DNA of 64,000 nt, taken from positions 124,001-188,000 of the forward strand of contig JALMLS010000056.1 of the NCBI GenBank assembly GCA_038496445.1, written 5' to 3'. Numbering within the stretch: position 1 is the stretch's first letter; each line of letters starts with the position of its first letter. This document shows, piece by piece, positions 36,581-47,509 of the stretch. A program made the position numbers and the translations under genes. This stretch comes from Trichosphaerium sp. ATCC 40318 (taxonomy: Eukaryota > Protista > Tubulinea). The notes beneath the pieces are model-generated. The model was not told the DNA's origin, ran no database searches, and worked only from the letters and a program-made list of their open reading frames with translations.

Positions 36581-39500
36581 ATGATGAAGCTACATGTGCT
36601 CATCCTTTTGGCTTTAGCAATAACATGTACTACAGGTACAAACAAACCCTAAATGATCAGCTATCTTCTTTCGGCATTTTCTGCTTTGAATACGATTTTA
36701 CGCATAAGGCTCCACCTGATAGTGTTGTATTTTGTGATGGACCTTTTGGACCTGAAGTTTTTTTGCGTCTTTTCTTAACACGTTACACAGCCACGGAGTT
36801 CCGACGCATAGATGGGTATAACAATACAATAGTTGGCGTGGATTCCTTGAGGGTAAATGCTGATTTTGTAGGCAACTGGACAGGCTACACACTAGGCATG
36901 TAAACTAGTTTAAACCGACAAGGAGATTTTGCTTTGTTAATTATTCGAAAGTGCTGTGAACACTATTTCTCACGTGAACACGTGCTAAATAATCTTTTAG
37001 GGCAAGCCTATACTCCTTACTTGTACATTCAGATGCAACCTGTATGGCCTGACGGCACAGGTGATGTACCAACAGGTCTTGACAGGCCATCCGGTAGATT
37101 AATTTCAAACAGACTCAGTGAGGTTCAACATCGTCCTATAAGCTCACAAGACGTAAACCAGATGCACACATACTTCGGACAGTTACTCACGGTTGATATA
37201 ATTAACACTCAGCGGTCTTCCTTCCGGTAAGTTCGAAAGTCTTAGGCATGTTAGTAAAACAGTACAGTGGCGCGCCTTCGCTGGCAACAGCAGTTTTTTA
37301 TGATGTTCCAAGCTGCGATGTTTTGTTCGATTCCCCTTCGTTTACTCGAGGTGAAGTCGGATATCCTTCAATTAATTACGCCACAGGCACCGTTGGAGAA
37401 CGCGTACGTTACAAAAAACCGTAAAAAGAAAGCTTACGTAATAATAGGCATACGATACGCAATGTAATGTTCAAGAGTGTAGCTGTCAGGCTAACCAACC
37501 TACAAACACTACGTATACGCCTACATGGTCTGTAGAAAACGTAGCTCGGTCTCGTTTCCCTTGTGATAACTTCACAACAACAGGATTATCTACATCACGT
37601 GCTGCGGTGGCAGCAGGTACTGTTAACGTGTTTTCGGTTGTTCACTTATTTGCTCTAGCAACTGGCACGGACGCCGTTAATTACAGGCTACCTATTAATG
37701 AAGTAACTCATTTTATTGATATGTCTTGGCTTTATGGAAACAAAGAAGAGGCAGACTCGAGTGGTAAAACAACGCAAGAATTACGCGTTAACTCAAGCGG
37801 CATTCTTCAGTGCGAGTTGAGCTACAGTGAATCCTATTCGTATGTATTTTAATAGTTAAAGCAACACTTCTTTAACATTGTCCTCACATTTCTAAATAGC
37901 TACGATTTCATATTGGCGAGGAATCAGGGTAGATTCAGACAATCAGGAGATAGCAGAACGTGCGCCGAAACGTTACATTTTTTTCATTTGTTGACATATT
38001 ATAACTAGTAATAAAACTCCACCACTCCATGCGTTTCATGCTCTATTTGTGCTTGAGCACAACCGCCAGTGTAGTGTGCTTCGCAACGCTAACTCAAGTA
38101 CTGCAGAAAAAAAAGTGTAGAAGCAATGTAGACTGACCTTTCATTTAGCTTTTTCTGAAGACTTATTATTTAACCTTGCAAGGTACAGTACTCAGTCCGT
38201 TATTACCACGCTGACGTTCTTCGTAGACGGAAAACAATAGGCCAGTACCAAAAAATAGCCACTCGTGAATATCTAGGAGCTTTGCTTGGTGAACCTTTGG
38301 CTCCTTACACTGGCTATAAACCCGATGTCACACCAGCATTGGATGTATTTTTTGGGGCATCAGCGTATCGTTACGGTCATGCTGTAAGTAGTTTTTTCGA
38401 AACATTCAGTGAACATTATTTAACCATCTGCTATTCAGGTGCTTCGTAAAGTTATTCCTCGCATGGGTAGCGACCTTCGTGAGAGTCCTAGAGGAAATTT
38501 GTTGCTGAGAAAATGTATGTTCAATCCTGAGACGTATACTAGAGATGTACAGCCTACCAATGAATCAAATGGTTTTGATGATAGCCACGTGCAAGTATGT
38601 ACTTCGTGTTAATGTTTTACTGCGAGCAAAAGCTGAATTCTTCTTAAGGTGATGCGTGGTATATCATACGATAGAACGAGGGACATGTGCGTATTAAATA
38701 GGTTAAAGGCGTACTAACGTTGGATAGGTCCCCTAACTTTATTGATGACGTTCGTGTGTTTATGTTTGGAGGTGGCTCAGACTTGTTTACAACAAACATA
38801 AACCGTGGTCGGTGCGTATCCATCACTATGCCATTTTAATTTTGTATTTATAATTCCTTTTTAGTGATCTTGGCCTTCCAAGCTACAACGACGCTCGTGT
38901 TGCGTTGAATCTCACTAGAAAAGCATCTATTGAAGATATTTCCTCAAATGAAGAAATTCGTACTGCACTCCACGAACTATACGATGGTTATGGCGGCGTA
39001 GATAATATAGATGCATATGTAGGCATGGTATCTGAAGATGTTCTACCAGGTACACCCCTGCACGAAGGTTGCATTTCTTATTTTTTTCTGAAAAGGAAGT
39101 CACGTTGGAGAATTGGCATTTGCTTCCATAAAAGAACAATTTACGCGTTTACGTGATGGCGACCGTTTTTGGTATGAAAATAAAGACTATTTCAGTGAGA
39201 GCGAGATCGAAGAGTTTTACGGAACGTCCTTGAGGGACATAATCATTCGTAATTTCCCAGATGTTACAGAAGATAACTTCCCAACTCATCCCTTCTTTGT
39301 TGACACTAGACAACTCAATGGTGGTACAAGTATGCCTATCTAATGTTCAGCGGGTTTGTTTATGGTATTAACATATTATCCTAAGGTGGTGTTGCATTGT
39401 ATGATGACTACGGTTTCAACTTTGATGAACAACTTGATTTAGCTTCTGTATATAGATTGTCATGGACAATTGATACTGAACAAGAGTACATTACTATCAT

Positions 39501-41318
39501 GCTACAAACTCAAGGTTCTGGATGGGCTGGTGTTGGATTTGAACCACTACCAAACACGTATGTAATAAGTAATTCTATAACGTAGTATTTCTAAACTTGT
39601 TTTGTAGAATGAAAGGAGCCGATATTGTACTTTGTAGAATGATTAACGAGACAGTCGGCGAGTGTACTGATAGATGGGCACAAGATGTCGGTCCACCAAC
39701 TCTTGACACTGACTTGGGTGGTACCAATGATGTTACTACAATATTTGCATCTCAAGACACAGTCAGCGGCCGTTCAACTTATATCTTTAAGCGTCCAGTT
39801 AAGGTACAATAAGAACGAAACAGATTTTTAAGGACTTTTTTTTAAACAATCAATAGGCTACAGATGCGAAGGATAAGGCAATTGAAGATCGCCCTATGCA
39901 GATTATATTTGCTTTTCATCCAAGCACTAATGAAGTTAAGTATCACGGACCAACACGTTCAGCAGCAACGATCATAAACTTTTTTGATGCAAGAAGGTTA
40001 AAGGAGATACCATTAAGTATGCATATCAAGCCTTAACTTAAAATACCTAACAATCTGTCTTAGTTTTACGCATCGTTGTTGGCGTCTTGGCTGGATTAGC
40101 GTCATTATATGCTTTATTTAATATTATCACTATACGTTTGTACTGCAAACACTTCCATTATCAGAATCCTCTCTTTTCTCAGGTACTGTTTTTCCGTTTT
40201 CACGAGAATTCTCTCGAAACGGTTGCTTATTTCTTTGTGTAGTTTGTCATGTGGGGCGCTATTCTTGGATACATTTCTGTCGTTATTTTAATACCACAAC
40301 TGAATGATATTACTTGTGTTGTAGAAGTATGGTTGCTTGGATTCAGCTATGTATTTCTTTATGGAAGTCTTTTTGTTAAAACATGGAGAATATGGAGGAT
40401 TGTGGGAAACAGCAAACTACGTGTTGTCAAGATCACACTCAAGGATATCCTAAAGATTATGACTATAATTATTATAGTAGAATTAGCATACCTCATATTA
40501 TGGACTGCAGTGGATAGACCAAAAGCGATCATAAAGGCAGACCCAAACACAAATGTACGAGTGCCATTTTCACAAAATTGTCAGAAGAGCTAACATAGTT
40601 TGTTCCAGAATTCGGCACATTATACTTGTGATACTCATTGGGCTTGGTGGGCTGCTTTTATTGGATATAAACTTATATTTTTATCTTTTGGTGTGTTCTT
40701 AGCCATAAGAACAAGAAAGTTTCCTTCAATTTTTAATGAAGCTCAACAATTGGGATTTTCGATTTATATTACATTTTTTGCAGCAATCTTGCTTTTAATA
40801 TTGGCTTTCACTTTACGTGATTTCCAAGTTGCTTTATTCGTATTAAGAACATTTGGCGTATTGATACCGTTCTTTATGATAACAGTGATCCTTTATGCCA
40901 GCACAATGCACAGGTGCATATTTTTTAAAAACCTCCGTTCCGCTTTTTTTCTTGTTGCGCTCTATAATACTTTGACTAACGTGTTTTTATAGAATATTTA
41001 TCCTGAAAAAAGGACCAAAGAAATACCAATCAAAGCTTGAAGCTACAGCATCTACTAATTCTAAACGTGTTTCATCAGATGATACTGGGTAATTCTTCTT
41101 TTTTTTTTTTTTGATATTCTGAGAGTGGAACAAAAAAATTTATATTATGACTTCTCGTTAACTTATTTACCAGCTTGGGAGACTTTCATACAAAGAATGC
41201 AACAACACAACGTTCAAGTGCACCTGCTACAGCTCCTAAAAGTCTTATAGTACAAACTGATGATGAAGACTCTGACACATCTTCTTCTAGCGAAGAGACA
41301 GAAGCAAATGCATCGTAA
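36581..41318 (+). CDS. Signal peptide - animal heme peroxidase-like domain - DOMON - class C GPCR 7TM fusion receptor
   Basis: MMKLHVLILLALAITCT; EFRRIDGYNN, FGQLLTVD, NEVTHFIDMSWLYG, GDSR, EHNR, AYRYGH, NINRGRDLGLPSYN and QFTRLRDGDRFWYEN; DOMON GWAGVGF..MKGAD..YHG; 7TM CVVEVWLLGFSYVFLYGSLFVKTWRIWRI and AIRTRKFPSIFNEAQQLGFSIY; exons join in frame. Confidence 0.88.
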
Positions 41319-41489
41319 GGGTTTAAACAAAAAGCCATGTACATAAAAAATAAACCACTTGTTATCTTACCACAACTATTTCACGTTTTCACGTGAAACA
41401 ACGTATATTTTTTAGTTACAGGGTTACAACACGATAATCAAAAAAAAAGAAAAGTCAAAGATGACCAATCTGAGAGAAAAAAGAATGTT

Positions 41490-44400
41490 TTAGCCGTTGA
41501 TTTTTTTCAGTTGCTCTTCAGCTTGTTGTAACTTCTTTTCAATAATATTATCCTTTTGTCCTGTTTGGTAACTAAAGAACGACATGTTAGAGAAAGAGAG
41601 TGACGATAAAAGAACATACTTTAGAAGGAACAAATAATTTTTGTAACTTTGAGCCATTTCACTTAAAGCTTCATTATAAGAACTAGTATCACCAGATAAT
41701 TTATACTCTTCCATTCTATATTCTTTAATGAGAGCATAATTCTTAAAACTTGCATAATTTGAAGTTTTAAGCCCAAGCAATGACTCTGTTCTTATACGAT
41801 TATAAATCTCTTCACTTTTCTTCAAAGCTATTTTGAAAACAGTACTATCTATCTCACGTGCATCGATTGCAAAATTGAGAACCCTCATGCCATGAAGATG
41901 AAGAGCCTATATATTTATTACAACAGACGCAAGTATAGAGTGATTAACACTAACAACAGCAAAAGAAAACCAAGAAAAAATCAAGATCAAAAAAAAACTG
42001 CACCTGAAAGTATCTGACACAAATGTAGTACTCCCAAGTTTCTGGACCATATTTCTGTAAATTTGGTAGTACAAAAGGTTCAGAAATAGGCCAGTCCAAT
42101 ATATCATCAAGAGCGTTCATGAGTTCACCACGAGTCTCATAGTTTTCATCACGACTTTGAATAAAAGTTAATATAAATTAGATCAGAATTAGTTCTTACT
42201 CAATGTGTATCCGTTTTACAAATCCATGATACTCCTCGCTTATGCGAGGGTCTTTATGAGATTCATCGCCATCCTTTGTAAACCATTGACCAAGTATGTA
42301 CAACGGGCGGTCATCGTTAGCAAGAAGGAACGATTTTATATCAAAGGATCCCTTCTCAGTAGGATGTAACCTGCGAAAAGTTAAGCTCAAGAGCAATAGA
42401 AATCAAAGGTACCTTTCTCCTGGGAATGTGATATTATTGTACAAATAAGATTGTCTATTCTTGAAATTATGTTGCTAATAAGAGTAAGTTGATAAGATAG
42501 CGTGTAGTAACAACTTACGGTCATATGTTCTAGGCTTAAAAGTGTAATATCTGGTCTAAGTCCTTCACTTTCATGTAGGTAGTAAGATACGCTCACTTCA
42601 GGGTCTGTATTGTAAATAAACGATGGAAAGTGGTGGCCTGAAACATACCACCATTAACAAGCAAGATCGCATTATCTTCTAGCCGGCTGAAAGCTTCTTT
42701 ACCGAAAGCTTCAGTATAGACAGAATCTGTTCTATCAGTTGCTGGTTGATTAACATAAACTTGAGAGGCAACCACAACAACACCAATAAGTATAGCTAAA
42801 ATCTGACGTCTATCTAAAGAGTCATGTTAATACACGTGATTTAGATGTGTTATTTTTGTTTCAATAAAATTTGGTGCGTACTTGGCGCTTTGATAAAACT
42901 ACAAGCATACGATACAGCAGAGCCAATCCACAAGCAAAATATGAAATTAACCTTAAAAGGAGAGTAAGTGCTTAAGTGTAGTTCTTAGGTATGTAATCCA
43001 AACGTACTTGCATGAAATACCTACTAAATAATCCAGCATACAAAGGTCTACAATGAAGTTTTAATAAGAAGTGCAATAAACAAAACAACAAAAAAGACCA
43101 AACTTACTCTGCTGTTGGTAAACGAGCCAAGTGGAAAAACCCTCCAATAAAACAAACGACACAAATCGCCAGATAATCAAAACTACGTTGTCGAAGCGAC
43201 GTAATTATACCAATACATGAGAGTACCAGACCATGTGTACCAATCTCCTACAAGGCAATTAAAACAAAGAAAAAAATAAGAATGAACAATGTTTCATTTC
43301 TCCTCACCCTCTGTAATCTTGACAAGAAATAAAAAAATTTATGCCAGTAAGTTAAATACTCATCAGATTCTCCATGATAGACTTCGAACATACCTAAAAA
43401 TAAGCTTGAGTGGGACTATAACAGTTTTTTGGTACAACAAAAAAGACATTTAAACGGAAAAACTCAATTACCAACAGCAGATTTGAAGTAATCTACAATC
43501 CCTGTTATACTTGATAAATCGCCCCAAGACATCTAAGCCAAAACTCAGAATGATGTTTATAAGTTAGAACCAAAGCACGTACGGATTTTTTACCAATATG
43601 AGGAAAGGATGCTAAAAGAGAAAAGCAACCAAAAAGTACAATTGCCTTTATGAAAAACTCAATAATTGCCACAGATACTGTAAACTTTGATGAGCTGCCT
43701 TTTATCAACAACATCACAGCAACTGGAACTACAAACACGATCAAGGCTCTACAGAAATCACTTGTTAGCAATAACATAAGAAAATAAGAAAACAGTACGG
43801 ATTATTACTCAAACCAACACCAACTACAAACGACGCGAGATGAAGTTTGTACGCCTTTCCAGTTTGTAAAAACCCCATAAGAAGCATACACGATAGAGCT
43901 ATTATCAAATTATCAAATGCGTGGACCTCTGCCTGCATCGCATGTCTAGAAAATCTTAATTCTTATTTTGTTTCCCAAAAAAAAAAACAGAATGAAAAAG
44001 TAAAGAGAAAAGTACTTGCGTCCAATTCAATACACCAGTGGCGTAGTAACATGCTGCTATACATCCACATATTTGTGCTGTATAACCTTCTACAGTCGTA
44101 GTAAATGTTTCCTTATTGCCCAAAACGAATAAAGTGGCCGTCTAAGGTTCAGAGTGAGCGAAAGCAGTTTTGTCAAAAATCTTCGCACGTGAGCAAACAC
44201 AGCATTCGCTGTGGCCTGTAGAATTGCGGCAAATACATTCAAGGCGTGCGCAGCGCTCCATGCAGGCGCTACTAGCTTTACAAGAGCGAGGAATAGGTGA
44301 TTGAGCAAAATCCATATAGGATACCCTGGTAATGCATACTTAGCGTTTTTAGGCTAATAAAGAGTACCTGGAGCACGCGCAACGCTCAGATTTTTGGCAT

Positions 44401-44647
44401 GCGTAACGATTTCTCCTGAATCACCTAAAACGCGTTTAATATCTAAGAATATGCGTATTTAGCTCGTACCTTGAACGGTTGGCGATAATGAAGCCATGTA
44501 CAAAGATAACGAAACACATCCAACAACAAGTGTAAATGGCAATGTGACGACGTGTGGAGGTCCTTTTATTACGTTTGGTTTTGGCGCAATTGCGTTTTTA
44601 CTTTTACCAGGCTTCTTCGCCTTAGAGCGCCGTGAACGTGCACTCAT
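41490..44647 (-). CDS. TMEM260: TMEM260-like (DUF2723) protein O-mannosyltransferase
   Basis: LSPTVQGGDSGEIV..VARAPGYP, QAEVHAFDN, multiple TM segments, FFHLARL, YLHESEGLRPDI. Confidence 0.8.
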
Positions 44648-44936
44648 ATGTCCAGAATAGTAATTAACGCCCGAAATAGTGGTCAACACCATTTCAAGAT
44701 GGTTTTTAAACAACACTCTGAATTTTTGTTTGTCAATGCAACAGCGTTGCTGATTAGGCACAAACAATGCTACAATAAGCTGTGAAACAAATTTCGATCT
44801 TAGTAGTGATCATGATGATGCGTAATTGCAGCGCAAGATTCAACTGACATTTTTTGCTTAAACAAAGACAAAAGCTTGTTTTATTTTGGGTTGTGCTTTA
44901 TAGAAACACTTGTACACCATACTCAAAATGGATTTC

Positions 44937-47448
44937 TTAGATGTCCGTCTCCTGATTTAGTTCTACGCCCTCTACTGCGTGTATATTACTCAAGTATTTT
45001 TGTTCAGCTGAATTTATAGCTACTGGTTGTCCGTGAACGTATCTAACTTCAACTGTTCTTCCTGTTTTCAATGATTTAATAAAACCCTTTACTGGCTCTC
45101 CATTTGCAAATGTTCCCATTAACTCAATATCTCCAAGGGTATAAACGCCCCTTCCATTCCTTTTACCAGCAGCAAAACTTCCCACATACTTCGACCCATC
45201 AATTTTATTGACAAGGGTACCTTCTCCACTGAACACATAATAGTCGAATATGTCGAAGCCACCTGTAGACATCAGTTAAGGTTTATTATGTCATTGCAAA
45301 GAGATTACTTTTTTTTTTCTGTGTAGAAAACGTACCTTCGTAATCGAATCTATCTGTCTCTATTCTTCCTTTGGCAAGATGATTATGTTTCCATTCTCCA
45401 TGTATAACACAATCTGTTGAAATCTGCATTCCTTTACCCTTCATAATAGTAAAAAATCAAGCAAAGTCACTCTCAAGTGTATTGTGAGTTTAAATGTACC
45501 GTTCTTCGACCGTGTTTCAGTTCACCTAAAATATGAGAGTTAGTGGAGATAGCAACAGTATTTAATATATACTAACCGTCATAAACACCCTGTTCGTCGC
45601 ACCATAAGCCTTGCATACAATTAAAAAAAAGAGGGCGAACAAGTAATACTCACCATCTCCGTTTGATGAGGGTGTTATTGCCTTGGCTGTTGTTTGCCTT
45701 AACGTTTTGTTAAATATTAACGAAAATGCGATATCGCTATCTGCCTTAAATTGGCCATTGTCCCATTCTGCCTGTATAGCAAACGCATCACCTAAGAACA
45801 GACAAAATCTCAACACTTAAATCTTCTTTTTTTCTTGTTGTACCTTTATTAGCACCAGGACATATCTGATTACCAAATCCATCTTTTCTTCCAAGTCGAA
45901 AGTTTCCAACAAAAGCCATAGGCTTTGTTAATGAAACCAGCTTTGAGCGAAAGGATTAGATAACGACAACACAAAACCTCTGAAACTTACAGTACCAGAT
46001 CCTTTAGGATATCCTGCTTGCATATCACCAAAGTAATAATCCTTTTGCTCAAAACCAGGTCCATATAAATAACGACCACCAACACCATTGCGTCTAAGTG
46101 CTATAATTCCTGTGAAAGCAACTAAAAGGTATCAAACACTACAATAAACGATATCTAGATCAAGTAAAAACCAACTCACAGCCAAATAATGCACCGCCAA
46201 GCATAGCACCATGATCAATCGCTTTCGATTTTAACATAAGACCAAATGCGTTACCAGCCATTGTCAGTAATACATATGCAATAGGCTGTATAATACAGTC
46301 AGTACCATAAGATAATCATACAAGCTTCACATACCGGTAAAGGTCCAAAAAACTGATTCGAATTTAAAAGAGCCCAAGAAGTCAAAATACACATGCCAGT
46401 TCCTGCCGCACCATGATACTTTCTGCCTTTGTCGCTACAGCATTGTTAACCAACCTGTCTAATGCTTTAGCAATGATATGTACCCAAGCATGTAGTTGTG
46501 AAATATTGAACCTAAACTACCACATATTGAACCACCAGCTATTAGGGCTATGTATGAAGTTGGGCTAAAAAATTATTACACAATAAGCACAATACAAATT
46601 GTAATCGGTACGTGACATCATCAATCAATTGCCTGCCAGTAAATGCTAAAGCTGAAGCGGCGAGTACTGTATAAGAAAACTTTGTGTGTAGAAAAGGAGC
46701 AGTCAGGAGTATATGATACCTCCCTGAACCCCAATTGACTGGTAACAAAGTCATGTGCCTTTTGAAGTGTCAAAAAAAAAGAAAATGACATGTCAAAAAA
46801 GAGTTAGTACCTTGTCATTACTTGTCGTGGACGTTTGAACTTGAATGCAATATAAGACACAAAGTAAGGCAGAACAAAATAACCAGGCAACATGATTTGA
46901 TTTCTAACAGCTACAGCTTGATAGCGAAAATCATCGAGTTCTTTGAAATTGTAGTTTGCTCCTTTTCGTTCACAGTTCTTTTAGCGTTAAAATCTTTTCT
47001 TTGTTCACTAACCGTAAATCATAGGCTCCAAGCGCCGGAATGTGGTTAGGTAAACTTCATCAAAAACTCCCCTAACGACTTTGCGGTTACCATCACGATC
47101 ATAATCCTCAAATGGTTCCTCTAGTTGTAGTTAGTTGGTTGAAGAATGCTATTGAAAGTTACACACCTTCCTCAGCGGTTGCTGTCATTAAATTGTACGC
47201 ACATAAGCTAGTAACTGTAGAGGCAGCAACAGCGAACCTAAGCTGAGGTAAATAGAACCAACAATCATTTTTACACTATTACCTTCCCAATAATTGCTTT
47301 GGCATGCTACCGGTTACGGAGCGTGCAAGTAAACGCGAAAAATGACTGGCTTGGCCATCTATGACATGTTATTTGGTGCTATACGCGTCTATACGCTACC
47401 AGTTGTGCGTAGGAGTGCTAAGCACTTCTGCTGAAGGCCACACCTCAT
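44937..47448 (-). CDS. MORN-repeat membrane protein with a mitochondrial-targeting-like N-terminus
   Basis: Spliced N-terminus MRCGLQQKCLALLRTT...FSRLLARSVTGS; several hydrophobic segments; MORN repeats YFGDMQAGYPKGSG, FVGNFRLGRKDGFG and YVGSFAAGKRNGRG. Confidence 0.7.
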
Positions 47449-47509
47449 TGTGTGATGTTTGAGTTCAGACTGTGAGAAATGTGTTGAAATAGTAAATTAA
47501 AAATACAAA
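47449..47509. promoter_or_regulatory. Putative minimal bidirectional promoter (61 bp) between the MORN gene and BCS1
   Basis: Divergent ATGs at 47448 (-) and 47510 (+). Confidence 0.5.
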
